IMG/VR virus record: IMGVR_UViG_2974649007_000001
Span: 1-64,000 of that record
Direction: 5' to 3' (one strand)
DNA: 64,000 nt
From: a virus
Lineage: Duplodnaviria; Caudoviricetes
Every line of letters begins with the position of its first letter. The stretch's first letter is position 1. A program made the translations under genes and the position numbers. The notes below the pieces were generated by a model. It saw nothing but the letters and a program-made list of their open reading frames with translations. It was not told the origin of the DNA and ran no database searches. This document shows, in pieces, positions 1 to 9,508 of the stretch.

Positions 1-1785
1 GTGAGTGACAGCGAAGGAACGGTGTCGTCGCGGTTCAGGATGGCCCTGAACCGCGAGGAGGGCATGAAGTCCCTCAGCAAGATCATCCTGCAGCACGGGT
101 TCGTTGAAGGCGAACCCTTCAGCTTCAAAGACCACGAATTCCAGATCGACATCGTCGACGACACTGCGCAGCGGATCGACGTGCGCAAGTGCTCCCAGGT
201 CGGGCTGACCGAGATGATGGCGCAAAAGGTGCTGGCGATCATGGCGGTGCAGCGCAACATCCGCATCATGTTCAGCCAGCCGACCAAGGAGATGGCCACC
301 AAGTTCTCCAAGGACCGGATCGACGGCGCCATCGAGCAGTCGGCGTTCTACTCCAAGCTGGTGAAGGCTGGCTCCGACGCGGCCGGCATGAAGAAGCTCG
401 GCCAGAACCTGCTGTACATCATGGGCACCTACGGCGCCAACTCCGCGATTTCCGTACCAGCCGAGATGATCATCTCAGACGAGATCGACTTCTCGAACGA
501 CGGCGTCCTGGGCAAGCTCAACTCGCGTATCCGGCACGCCAAGACCGTGGACGCCCATGGCAACCGAGGCTACCGCTATCGCTTCTCCACGCCGACGGTG
601 GACGGCTTCGGCATCGACGTCGGCTTTAACGCCGGTGATCAGCGGTATTACATGTGCAAGTGCGAGCACTGCTCGACGTGGGTCTGCCCTGAGTTCGCCA
701 GCGACCTGGTGCTGCCTGGCTGGGACAAGCCGCTCATGGAGTTCAGCCGGGACAACCTGGACGACGAGCGCATCGACATCAGCGGTGCCTGGATCAAATG
801 CCCGAACTGCGCCAAAAACCTGTGGGCCTCGCTGTGTGACAAGGACCGCCGCCAGTGGGTGGCCAAGAAGCCCAGCAACTTCGACCACAGCTACCAGGTG
901 TACCCGTGGGACGTGCCGTTCTACAACACGCCGTCGGGCATCATCCGCCAGTTCGAGGGCTACCCGATCAAGGCTGACTTCTACAACTTCGTGGTGGGAC
1001 TGCCCTACTCCGACGCTGAGAACAGCTTCATCACCACGGACGAGCACCGCAAGAAGTATTGCGACATCGACCTCTGGATCTTCAACGCGGTGATCCGCGA
1101 TGCCACCACGGTAGGCGGCATGGACATCGGCAAGACCTGCCACCTCACCGTCAAGGTCAAGGTGTCGGGCGGCTGGCATGTGGTCTGGATGGAGAAGATC
1201 AGTAACACCAAGCTCGACCCGGCCACGCCGAAGGTGGTGGCGCGCTTCGATTACTACCGCATGCGCAAGCTCTGCATCGACGCCGGCCCCGACATCACCC
1301 TGGTCAACAGCCTGGTCGCGGCTCGCGGTAACGGGCGCATCCAGGCGGTGGTCTACACCACGGTGCCTGGCTTCATCCCGATCCACCTCAAGCCAGACGG
1401 CGACACGATCAACGCCGACCGGACGAAGACCCTAAGCCTGCTGCTCAGCCAGCACAACAACGGCGAGAACCACTACCCGCACCGGGAGGATCTGCGGATC
1501 GAGCTGTACAAGCACCTGGGCACCACCAAGAAGATCCGCGAGCGGAACACCCTCGGTGACATCGTCGAGAAGTTCATCAAGACGGACAAGCAGGATCACT
1601 GGGTCCACTCGCTGAACTACTGCAACATCGCGGCCATGGCCCTGGTGACTTTCGAGGACGACAGCGTGGTGGGCAGCATGCCTGGCACGTCGGCTGTGAA
1701 GCTCGGCAGCGCCGTCGAGGAGAAAAAGCAGATCGACGTGGGCTCGCAGCTTGCCGGGATGTTCGGCTTCAAGAGACCGAGATAA
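1..1785 (+). CDS. terL: Terminase large subunit (lambda gpA-like)
   Basis: Walker A-like RKCSQVGLTE, Walker B MIISDEID, FSTPT motif, Cys-rich CKCEHC...CPNC insertion, nuclease GGMDIG and DHWVHSLNY. GTG at base 1, so the true start could lie upstream. Confidence 0.9.
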   Translation: MSDSEGTVSSRFRMALNREEGMKSLSKIILQHGFVEGEPFSFKDHEFQIDIVDDTAQRIDVRKCSQVGLTEMMAQKVLAIMAVQRNIRIMFSQPTKEMATKFSKDRIDGAIEQSAFYSKLVKAGSDAAGMKKLGQNLLYIMGTYGANSAISVPAEMIISDEIDFSNDGVLGKLNSRIRHAKTVDAHGNRGYRYRFSTPTVDGFGIDVGFNAGDQRYYMCKCEHCSTWVCPEFASDLVLPGWDKPLMEFSRDNLDDERIDISGAWIKCPNCAKNLWASLCDKDRRQWVAKKPSNFDHSYQVYPWDVPFYNTPSGIIRQFEGYPIKADFYNFVVGLPYSDAENSFITTDEHRKKYCDIDLWIFNAVIRDATTVGGMDIGKTCHLTVKVKVSGGWHVVWMEKISNTKLDPATPKVVARFDYYRMRKLCIDAGPDITLVNSLVAARGNGRIQAVVYTTVPGFIPIHLKPDGDTINADRTKTLSLLLSQHNNGENHYPHREDLRIELYKHLGTTKKIRERNTLGDIVEKFIKTDKQDHWVHSLNYCNIAAMALVTFEDDSVVGSMPGTSAVKLGSAVEEKKQIDVGSQLAGMFGFKRPR

Positions 1786-1845
1786 CGCGCTAACTAGCGG
1801 GGTTTCTCAAATGGCGTGAGAAACCCCGCGAAGTGGCGATAAAAG
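1781..1845. promoter_or_regulatory. Two operator-like pseudo-palindromic sites (gataacgcgcta-ac-tagcggggtttc; gaaaccccgcga-ag-tggcgataaaag)
   Basis: Half-site TAGCGRSGTTWC is shared with sites at 10575-10622, 37218-37243, 40494-40519 and 49958-49983. The two inner half-sites also form a long hairpin (gcggggtttctca...tgagaaaccccgc). Confidence 0.55.
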
Positions 1846-1850
1846 AACCC

Positions 1851-1880
1851 TTGTATTTCAGCCCGTTGCCCAACTAAACT
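1851..1880 (+). promoter_or_regulatory. Possible sigma70-like promoter upstream of portal (TTGTAT-18-TAAACT)
   Basis: Near-consensus hexamers with an 18-nt spacer in an AT-rich intergenic region. Pattern match only. Confidence 0.25.
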
Positions 1881-1909
1881 CGCGCCATCTCCAAGGAAGA
1901 CGAACGCCC

Positions 1910-3382
1910 ATGGCTGGCACCAAGACACCGGGAAGCAAAGGATCGAGGTACGCGGCGACGGGTGCCCAGGTCATCTTGCCGACTCGGAATCTTGCCGGTA
2001 AGGCGCGGGCCAGGCGCCCAGGCTCTGACCTGGACAAAGGCTCAACCATCACGAACACGCTGAAGCGTTTCAATCTGAACGCGATCAGCAACATCAGCTC
2101 CCGTACCGACGTCAACGAGATCATCCGCCTGCTCTGCCGTGAAAACGGCATGTTCAGCTCGGCTGCCAACTCGATGGCGGCGATCTCGGTAGGCACCGGG
2201 TTCCGCATCGCAGGCTACGACGCCACAGGCGCCATGAGCCTCGAAGTCATGAGCCTGGCGTACAGCATCATGGATGCGTTCTCGACACTGCACGATTACA
2301 GCAAAGGGTATAACGATAAGCCAGGGATGCAGGCGCTGCTGTCGACTCTTCAAACGGATGTCATCACAACAGGCGGTTGTGGTGTTGAGCTTGTGCTGGA
2401 CAAGGAGTTCGGCGCCGAGCGGCTGGTGCCAATCGGTTATTCCACGATTGATTGGGAAGCTGATGGCCAGGGAGGGCGCTACCCTACACAGAGTGGCGGC
2501 GACATCGTTCTGAACATCCCAACGGTCTTCGTGTCCGAGCACAACCGCAACGCTGACGAGGCCTACTCGACCAGCTTGCTGCGTCCAGGTCTGTCGCAGG
2601 TGATGAACTTCGAGGGCTTTATCGAAGACATGCACCGGACCCTGAACCGCACCGGCCACAGCCGTCTGATCGCCACCATCATTGCCGAGAAGATCCAGAA
2701 GATCGCTACGGACGAAATCAAGGGCGACCCCAAGAAAATGGGCGAGCTGTTTGACGTCGTGCGCCAGCAGGTGGTCGACGCGCTGGCCGGCCTGGAGCCA
2801 GAAGACGCAGTCGTCACCTTCGACAGCGTGACCTACGAGGTGAAGGACACCGGCGGCAACAAGGCCGACTACGCCCCGATGATCGCCACGCTGTCCAACA
2901 TGCTGGGTGCATCGCTCAAGACGCCAGCGTCGGTCAGCGGTATGCGCGCTGCGGGTGGCCAAGGCCTGTCCAACGCCGAGACCCTGATCTACCTGCAGGT
3001 CACGCAAGGCACGCGCTCGCCGGTGCATGAAGTCATGTCCCGCGCGCTGACCCTGGCTTGCCGTCTGCAAGGCATCGACGGCTACGTGGCCTTCGAGTTC
3101 ATGCCGATCAACCTGCGCCCAGAGATCGAATTGGAAGCCTATTACGGCACACGCCAGAAGCGTGTGCTCGAGCTGCTCAGCTGGGGTGTGATCAACGAGG
3201 CCCACGCATGCTGGGAACTCGGCATCCGCCCACAAGGGCTCAACGCAGTGCTGGCAGGCACTCGTTTCTACGCCAAGGATGCGTCGGCACAGTCGGACGC
3301 GATCAACCCCGATCGCACGACCTCGTCGGGCGCGGCACTCAACCCAGGCACGCCGGCTCAGTCCGGCGGCGCCGATCAATAA
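1910..3382 (+). CDS. Portal protein
   Basis: 490 aa between terminase and head protease, strong coding bias, SD aagga upstream. Assigned by synteny and size. Confidence 0.75.
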   Translation: MAGTKTPGSKGSRYAATGAQVILPTRNLAGKARARRPGSDLDKGSTITNTLKRFNLNAISNISSRTDVNEIIRLLCRENGMFSSAANSMAAISVGTGFRIAGYDATGAMSLEVMSLAYSIMDAFSTLHDYSKGYNDKPGMQALLSTLQTDVITTGGCGVELVLDKEFGAERLVPIGYSTIDWEADGQGGRYPTQSGGDIVLNIPTVFVSEHNRNADEAYSTSLLRPGLSQVMNFEGFIEDMHRTLNRTGHSRLIATIIAEKIQKIATDEIKGDPKKMGELFDVVRQQVVDALAGLEPEDAVVTFDSVTYEVKDTGGNKADYAPMIATLSNMLGASLKTPASVSGMRAAGGQGLSNAETLIYLQVTQGTRSPVHEVMSRALTLACRLQGIDGYVAFEFMPINLRPEIELEAYYGTRQKRVLELLSWGVINEAHACWELGIRPQGLNAVLAGTRFYAKDASAQSDAINPDRTTSSGAALNPGTPAQSGGADQ

Positions 3383-3393
3383 GGAGCCTGGCA

Positions 3394-4890
3394 ATGGCAG
3401 TTGACATCTGGCTGGGCACCGAGAAGGCGTTCAACAAGCACGCGAGCTTCGAGCTGAAGTACAAGTTCGACAAGGACGCCTACTCGAATTACCCGTTTGA
3501 CGACCGCGAGGAAGATCTCTGCCCAGTTTTTGGTGTGGACATCAATCGTAAAGGCCTGTACCTGCTCGATAAAGTAGGCGAAACTCCAGTCCTGAAAATT
3601 CACGGTTCGCTGGTTCCATCCTACCGCCGCTACCACCAGTGGTATCCGGGCGAAGTGACCAGCTACGAAGCGATCAACGATGCTCTGGCGATCCTGGGCG
3701 AGACCGGCCACACCGACGTGATCCTGGATCACAACAGCGGTGGCGGCGCGGTGAGCGGCCTGGACACAGTCACCACGAACATTGAGCGGCTGCAAGCTGA
3801 CGGCATGAACTTCCGGGCTCACACCGACAGCGCATCGTTCTCGGCGAGCTACTGGATCATGTCCAGCGCCAACTCGGTGACCGCGAGCAAGATGGCTGAG
3901 GTTGGCTCCATCGGCGTGATCGCCGTGATCCGCACCCTGGCCAACACCGAGGAAAACTACGGTGTGAAGTTCACGGTGTTGAAGGAAGGGGAGTTCAAGG
4001 CTGTCGGCAACCCCTACGAAGAATTGAGTGAGGCAGACAAAAAGTACCTCCAGGAAAACCTGAAGGAAACCAATGCGTTCTTCCTCAACCACATCTCCGC
4101 GCAGCGCAACCTGAGTCTTGACGACTACAAGGACTGGGCTGACGGGAAAACCTTTTTCGCGGCGAAGGCAGTGAAAAATGGGCTGGTCGACAGGATTACG
4201 ACCCTGAACGATCTTATTGGTCGCGGCGCGTCCGCACACACTACTGGCGACAGAAGGAAGTTTGAGATGAAAATCTCCCCTGAAAAACTCGCTCAGATCG
4301 AAGCGGGCGCGAATGCTGCAGACGTGCTCACCAAGGCTGAGCTTGCCCACTACACCAAAGAGATGGCCGATCTGAAGGAGGCTGCCGATAAGGAAGCCGC
4401 CGCTCAGAAAGTGCTGGACGACGCCGAAGCCGAGAAGTTGGCCAAGGAAGCCGCTGACAAGGAAGCTGCTGACAAGCTGGCTGCCGATAAGCTGGCTGGC
4501 GTTACCGGCACCACTGGCACCATCGACGCCGCTGCCTACACTGGCGCGATCAAGGAAGCAGCCAAGCTCGAGATCAAGGTCGAAGACCTGACCGAAAAGC
4601 TGGCCAAGGCCGAGACCGCACTGGCTGAAGCACAGTCGCAAACTGCAAGCCTGGTCATTGTGGCCCAGCAAGCGGTGAAAAAATTGCAAGTGGCCACCGG
4701 CCGGCCGCAGGTTGAAAAATCTTCGCCGACCGAGATCCTGGCTCAGTTCAACGAACTGCAGACCACTCTGGCCAGCATGTTCAAGATCGGCCAGCAGACC
4801 GATGACGTTCCTACCAAGGACGCCAACGAGCCTGTGGTCAACTCGAACGTGCGCCACAAAGTCGTATCCCTCAACGCTGGCAAGAAGTAA
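3394..4890 (+). CDS. Prohead protease (S49/SppA family) with C-terminal scaffold region
   Basis: S49 motifs ILDHNSGGG, SASYWIMS, AEVGSIGV, LKEGEFKAVGNPY. ATG 3394 follows SD aaggag. C-terminal half is Ala/Lys/Glu-rich coiled coil. Confidence 0.85.
   Translation: MAVDIWLGTEKAFNKHASFELKYKFDKDAYSNYPFDDREEDLCPVFGVDINRKGLYLLDKVGETPVLKIHGSLVPSYRRYHQWYPGEVTSYEAINDALAILGETGHTDVILDHNSGGGAVSGLDTVTTNIERLQADGMNFRAHTDSASFSASYWIMSSANSVTASKMAEVGSIGVIAVIRTLANTEENYGVKFTVLKEGEFKAVGNPYEELSEADKKYLQENLKETNAFFLNHISAQRNLSLDDYKDWADGKTFFAAKAVKNGLVDRITTLNDLIGRGASAHTTGDRRKFEMKISPEKLAQIEAGANAADVLTKAELAHYTKEMADLKEAADKEAAAQKVLDDAEAEKLAKEAADKEAADKLAADKLAGVTGTTGTIDAAAYTGAIKEAAKLEIKVEDLTEKLAKAETALAEAQSQTASLVIVAQQAVKKLQVATGRPQVEKSSPTEILAQFNELQTTLASMFKIGQQTDDVPTKDANEPVVNSNVRHKVVSLNAGKK
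4267..4890 (+). CDS. Putative nested scaffolding protein (in-frame internal start)
   Basis: In-frame ATG (MKISPEKL) preceded by agaaggaag just after the protease domain. Analogous to lambda C/Nu3. Contains KEAADKEAA repeats at about 4372-4495. Confidence 0.6.
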   Translation: MKISPEKLAQIEAGANAADVLTKAELAHYTKEMADLKEAADKEAAAQKVLDDAEAEKLAKEAADKEAADKLAADKLAGVTGTTGTIDAAAYTGAIKEAAKLEIKVEDLTEKLAKAETALAEAQSQTASLVIVAQQAVKKLQVATGRPQVEKSSPTEILAQFNELQTTLASMFKIGQQTDDVPTKDANEPVVNSNVRHKVVSLNAGKK

Positions 4891-4902
4891 GGAGAATCAG
4901 TC

Positions 4903-5361
4903 ATGGCTGACTTTAAATTCAACGTGCTGGTTGTTCTTCCTGAACGCCTGAACGTCATTACCACCAAGCTGGGTGCTGCTGCCGGTGAGAACTTCACCGA
5001 CAAAGACATCAAGAAAATCATGACCATGGGCACCGTGTCGAACTTCGCACTGGCTGCTGATGGCGACGAGATCGAAGGCTTCCTCGATAACGTCGACGGT
5101 GGCCCACCTGCTGGCGGCTTCCGCGTCGGTGGTGTCTCGCGTCCTGATACCGGCATCCGCGTTGAAGCCCAGGTGGCTGCAGGCGCTGCTGCGGTGGCTG
5201 TGAAGGATCTGGTTGTAGCTGGCGCGCAACTGGCGCTGGGCACCAAAGGCCTGCCACAGGTGAAAAAAGGCACCCCTGCTACCTTCAAGTACCGGATTAT
5301 GCGTATCATCTCCGGTAACGGTGGCCCGGGCTCCATCGTCCTCTTGGAACGAGTGGCTTAA
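4903..5361 (+). CDS. Head decoration/cement protein
   Basis: 152 aa, Gly/Ala/Val-rich, between scaffold and major capsid, strong SD aaggag, highly expressed codon bias. Confidence 0.6.
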   Translation: MADFKFNVLVVLPERLNVITTKLGAAAGENFTDKDIKKIMTMGTVSNFALAADGDEIEGFLDNVDGGPPAGGFRVGGVSRPDTGIRVEAQVAAGAAAVAVKDLVVAGAQLALGTKGLPQVKKGTPATFKYRIMRIISGNGGPGSIVLLERVA

Positions 5362-5400
5362 TCGCCGCACGCCACTCCAACATTTCAAGGAATCGAAACC

Positions 5401-6579
5401 ATGCAATGCAAACTGAAATACCAAGCGAACGAAAACGGTGTGATCAAGCAAAAGGAGATCGACGCTAACGTCGAACTCTACGCCCAGGCCGCGCAGCAAG
5501 GCCTGAGCCTGCGCCAGCACATCCGTAACCTGGCCTCCGACTGGGACACCACCATGGGTGACCCTATCGACCAGATGATGACCAACGCCGGCATGATGGA
5601 CGGTGAAAACCGCATCGGCCCAGCGCTGACCATGGCTCAGATGGCGGGCATGACCCAGGCTGACGGCTTCCGTCGCCCTGATGGCTCGGACGGCTCGCTC
5701 GGCGCACGCTTGCTCTACCCGCAACTGATTCTGGAAACCATGAACGCCAACGTCCTGCGTGACGACGGCTCGGACATCCTGTCCATCTGGGAATCCTTTA
5801 TCGCCACCAGCCGCAACCTGAACGGCCAGAACGCCGTGCAGCCGATCATCGACACTTCGGCGCCGGAAGGCAGCCGCAGCGGTCGCATCGTGCAGATGGC
5901 GCTGCCGGAAACCATGGTTTCCATCAGCACTGGCCAAAAATCGTTCAAAATCCCAACCAACTCGATTGGTCTGATGATTGCGAACGAAGCGATGGCTGCC
6001 ACTACCATCGACCTGGTCCGCATCATCATGGAAGCGCAGTCCCGCGGCGACAAGATCCGTCGTGTGGGTGAGCAGCTGAAATCCATGGTGCTGGGCGATA
6101 CCGACCTGGACATGGACGCTCTGCCGATCCTGAAAGCCGGTGCCTTCGACAGCTCGATCACTGCCAACGGCGTGATCACCAAGAAGGCTTACATCAAGTG
6201 GCTGTTCAGCATGCGCAAAACCGCCAACATCAGCCAGGTGCTGACCGACATCGACACTGCCCTGGCAGTTGACGATGGCCTGGCACCGAAGCACGTTGGT
6301 GTGGACAACTCGAAGATCGTCACTCCGTGGGCTGGCATGAACCTGGGTCTGACCCAGCCGCGCCTCACCCCGTTTGAACCGGATATGTTCGGCGCCGGTC
6401 TTCTGGTTGGCTTCGACCCACGCTACGCGATCCAACGCTTCGTGAACATCTCCGCCGCCTACGACGGCATCGAAGAGTTCGTAATGCGTAAAGCCACTGG
6501 TTTCCGCGTGGACTATGGCGAGATGGCGACCCGTCTGTACGACGAAGCCTGGTCGGTTCTGAGCCTGGAAAAGGTGTAA
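5401..6579 (+). CDS. Major capsid protein
   Basis: 392 aa, very strong codon bias, canonical position, followed by a strong terminator. Confidence 0.8.
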   Translation: MQCKLKYQANENGVIKQKEIDANVELYAQAAQQGLSLRQHIRNLASDWDTTMGDPIDQMMTNAGMMDGENRIGPALTMAQMAGMTQADGFRRPDGSDGSLGARLLYPQLILETMNANVLRDDGSDILSIWESFIATSRNLNGQNAVQPIIDTSAPEGSRSGRIVQMALPETMVSISTGQKSFKIPTNSIGLMIANEAMAATTIDLVRIIMEAQSRGDKIRRVGEQLKSMVLGDTDLDMDALPILKAGAFDSSITANGVITKKAYIKWLFSMRKTANISQVLTDIDTALAVDDGLAPKHVGVDNSKIVTPWAGMNLGLTQPRLTPFEPDMFGAGLLVGFDPRYAIQRFVNISAAYDGIEEFVMRKATGFRVDYGEMATRLYDEAWSVLSLEKV

Positions 6580-6588
6580 GAACCCTCC

Positions 6589-6618
6589 AATAAGGGCCGC
6601 TTCGGTGGCCCTTATTTC
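6589..6618 (+). terminator. Rho-independent terminator after the major capsid gene
   Basis: aataagggcc-gcttcggt-ggcccttatt hairpin followed by T residues. Confidence 0.8.
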
Positions 6619-6646
6619 TATCTAAAATACGTTGGAGATCAACACC

Positions 6647-7144
6647 ATGGCTCTCAAGAAAAAAGATGAAGACCTGACCCCTGCTGAGCAGGAACTGAAA
6701 CGCGCTGAAGAGGCCAAGGCCTTGGAAGAGCAAAAGGCCAAGGACGAGGCGGAAGCCAAAGCCAAGCAGGAAGAAGCCGACAAGGTCGAGCAGAAGCGCC
6801 TGGATGACCTGGCCAAGGAAAACCTGGCCAAGGAAGAGATCGCGGGCAAGGAAGCGGCTGCCAAGGAAGAAAAGCGCCTGGCTGACAAGGCTCTCGAAGA
6901 CCAGAAGAAAGCCGACTCCGACGCCGAGCGTTTGGCCCAGGAAGCTGAAGTTGCACGCTCTGCCGGCCGTGAGCCTGAAGAACTGGTGCTGGTCAAAGTG
7001 GAAAGCAAAATCCACTCCGACCTGCGTCAGCCTTCGACTGGCACCTGGCTGCCTGGCAAGGGCGAAGCTCACCTGCTGAACGACGGCTGGTTGGAAAACC
7101 AGGTCAACAGCGGTCTCGTGAAGATCGTCAAGAAGTCCAAGTAA
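6647..7144 (+). CDS. Hypothetical head-associated protein with a charged Glu/Lys/Ala coiled coil
   Basis: ATG 6647 after SD ggag. EEAK/KEAAAK repeats and a compact C-terminal domain (LRQPSTG...DGWLENQV). Confidence 0.6.
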   Translation: MALKKKDEDLTPAEQELKRAEEAKALEEQKAKDEAEAKAKQEEADKVEQKRLDDLAKENLAKEEIAGKEAAAKEEKRLADKALEDQKKADSDAERLAQEAEVARSAGREPEELVLVKVESKIHSDLRQPSTGTWLPGKGEAHLLNDGWLENQVNSGLVKIVKKSK

Positions 7145-7154
7145 GGGGCACGGC

Positions 7155-7640
7155 ATGTACTTCAACCTGACCAGCACCAAGCAGATCCTCGCCGTCCTGA
7201 CCGTGGATGACACGGACATCGACGCCGAGAAGATCGAGGATCAAGGCTTGGACGATGACCTCGGCTCGCAGCTCGACGCTGCTCTGCCTGGTGTCTGGGA
7301 AGACATCTCCAAGGAGACCGGTCTGAAGTACACGCCCGCTCGCTTGCGCAAACTTCGCCTGGTGGCCAAGTATTTTTGCGCGGCCACCGTCGCGCGCATG
7401 GCCCAGGTGTTCATCCTCAAGAAGGACACCGACGGCTCCAACGAAGGCCAGCGAAGCGACAAGGACGGCTGGCTGTGGATGTCAGAGCGACTGATGGAAA
7501 CAGCCAACCACCACCTGAAAGACCTGCTGACGGATCTCGAGCTTGTGCCCGCGACCGCAGCCCCATTCCAGATGTTCGTGCGAGTGACGCCTGATCGTGA
7601 CCCGATCACCACTCCACGGGCAACGGCGATTACCACATGA
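7155..7640 (+). CDS. Putative head-tail adaptor
   Basis: 161 aa helical protein after the capsid genes. Assigned by synteny. Confidence 0.5.
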   Translation: MYFNLTSTKQILAVLTVDDTDIDAEKIEDQGLDDDLGSQLDAALPGVWEDISKETGLKYTPARLRKLRLVAKYFCAATVARMAQVFILKKDTDGSNEGQRSDKDGWLWMSERLMETANHHLKDLLTDLELVPATAAPFQMFVRVTPDRDPITTPRATAITT

Positions 7641-8548
7641 AGCTGAAGAAGATCGCAGCCAAGTACATCACAGAGCACATGGAAGCGTGGGACGTGGCTA
7701 CGGAAACGTGGAAACCCTGCAGCTTCGTGGGCCGGATCGACTTGACCGATCGCTTCCTGAGCAACTTCAACAAGCCGACCCGTCGGCGCATGCTGTTCAC
7801 GGACAACGACGTTGTGTTCCCGCCGAGCCTGACCTTCCGGCACCCGGGCACCAAGGACGTGTACCTACTGGGCACCAAGCGTACCGACGCGCGCGACGGC
7901 AACCCCTACGTTTCCCTGACCATCCTCCAGCTGGTGACCGACACACCAGGTGGCAGCTCTGGCCTGGCCACGATCACGCGCCGGGTGCCTATGGGCCCGC
8001 CAGAGAACCCAGGCTGGCTGATCAACACCACGCTGGCCAAGAGCTTCATCGACACCGAGTTCCTGAGCAGCAACGAGGAAGAGGCCACCACGGATCTGCG
8101 GATCGAGCGCTACAACGCCTATCTGCCGATCACCGTGCAGCCGCGCGAGTGGGACTTCATCCAGCTGCACGGCGTCAGCTACCGCGTGCTCGACACGTTC
8201 GCCGACTCCGGCTTCTTCGGGCTGCGCATCGACCACGAGAGCGACTACCGCAGCAACTTCGTCCTGCACGTCGCGGGCAAGCGGACAATGAACCCAGCTA
8301 CCAACGAGTGGGAGCAGTCGCCGACGCAGTACAACGTCACCGGCGTGATGGAGAAGTCCGTCGACGCCGCGCTGTGGGCAACCGACACCAACAGCTACCG
8401 CACCGTGTACTTCGAGCGTGAGCACCTGCCGTTCGGTATAGACATCAGCGGCAAGGACGTATACCTCGAGCTGAACGGCGTGCGTAAGGCCGTCAAGACC
8501 GTGGAGACGCAGTCCGGCACCCGGCAGTACACCTTGAGGGTGGTCTGA
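7637..8548 (+). CDS. Putative head closure/neck protein
   Basis: 303 aa, beta-rich, overlaps the upstream gene (ATGA). Assigned by synteny. Confidence 0.45.
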   Translation: MKLKKIAAKYITEHMEAWDVATETWKPCSFVGRIDLTDRFLSNFNKPTRRRMLFTDNDVVFPPSLTFRHPGTKDVYLLGTKRTDARDGNPYVSLTILQLVTDTPGGSSGLATITRRVPMGPPENPGWLINTTLAKSFIDTEFLSSNEEEATTDLRIERYNAYLPITVQPREWDFIQLHGVSYRVLDTFADSGFFGLRIDHESDYRSNFVLHVAGKRTMNPATNEWEQSPTQYNVTGVMEKSVDAALWATDTNSYRTVYFEREHLPFGIDISGKDVYLELNGVRKAVKTVETQSGTRQYTLRVV

Positions 8549-9054
8549 TGGGCAAGTTCGCCAAGATGGCAGACGGGGTCAACCTCGACCTGGCTGCCTT
8601 GTTCAGCCGCTCGATCCGGCGCGCGCTGCTCGCCGGCCTGGTGATCGCGGTGCAGACGACAGTCCACGACTCGTCGAACGCGGCTGCTCACTGGCTGCTG
8701 GCTGCACGCGGCAAGTCCAGGCCTGGCGCCAGGACCTGGGGCAAGCTGCGGGACCTGCGAGGCACCTCCAAGAAAGCTGCCACGATCCCTGTGGGCAAGC
8801 GCCGGGACGCGGGCAAGAACGCAGCGCTGACCCAGCGCTTCGTGCGTGACAGGGAACTGCGTGAGGTGGTGGAGAAGCTGGTGGCCGGCCGTTCGCCGGA
8901 GACCGTGTTCTACTTCTACAACGCCGTCGAGCCGGACAGTGAGTACGGGCGCAACGCGAATATCCAGCAGGCTGCAGCCGCAGCCCGTGAAGAAGTCAGC
9001 CGCCAGTTCGAGAACGCCATGGCCGCTGGCCAGGTAAGGAAAAAATACCGATGA
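8548..9054 (+). CDS. Putative neck/tail completion protein
   Basis: Basic protein with the TTVHDSSNAAAHW segment typical of HK97 gp10-like position. Translationally coupled. Confidence 0.45.
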   Translation: MGKFAKMADGVNLDLAALFSRSIRRALLAGLVIAVQTTVHDSSNAAAHWLLAARGKSRPGARTWGKLRDLRGTSKKAATIPVGKRRDAGKNAALTQRFVRDRELREVVEKLVAGRSPETVFYFYNAVEPDSEYGRNANIQQAAAAAREEVSRQFENAMAAGQVRKKYR

Positions 9055-9503
9055 CCGACTTCATGCTGGGATCGCTCACCGAACTGGACACACGCTTCCG
9101 TAACTGGCTGCGCACCAAGGTGACGCCGGACATGCTCTACGGCTACGACTTCACTGAGGGCCTGGACGTCAGCGCAAACGACGCTGGCGTGCTGCTCGAG
9201 CAGAACAATGACTTCTGGCTGTTCGAGCTGAGCATCCAAGATGTAGGCCGTGCAGGACCGTCTCAGGTGGCTCCGCGCCGCGTAGAGGCAAGCCTGGACG
9301 TCTCGTTGTTTACCAAATCCCCACGGGACAAGGTAAAGTATGGCCGCAAGGTGGACACTGTGGCCGAGTGGTTCCAGGACCGGACAATTGACGGTATGAG
9401 GTTCCGCACTTTCACACCAGTTCCACCAGCCCCGTTGCATGGCTTCACCGCCTACGGTGGTGTGACAAACATTATGTTTGAAATTTACGTTCAAAGGAGT
9501 TGA
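9051..9503 (+). CDS. Putative tail terminator
   Basis: 150 aa immediately upstream of the tail tube gene. Assigned by synteny. Confidence 0.5.
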   Translation: MTDFMLGSLTELDTRFRNWLRTKVTPDMLYGYDFTEGLDVSANDAGVLLEQNNDFWLFELSIQDVGRAGPSQVAPRRVEASLDVSLFTKSPRDKVKYGRKVDTVAEWFQDRTIDGMRFRTFTPVPPAPLHGFTAYGGVTNIMFEIYVQRS

Positions 9504-9508
9504 CGGCT

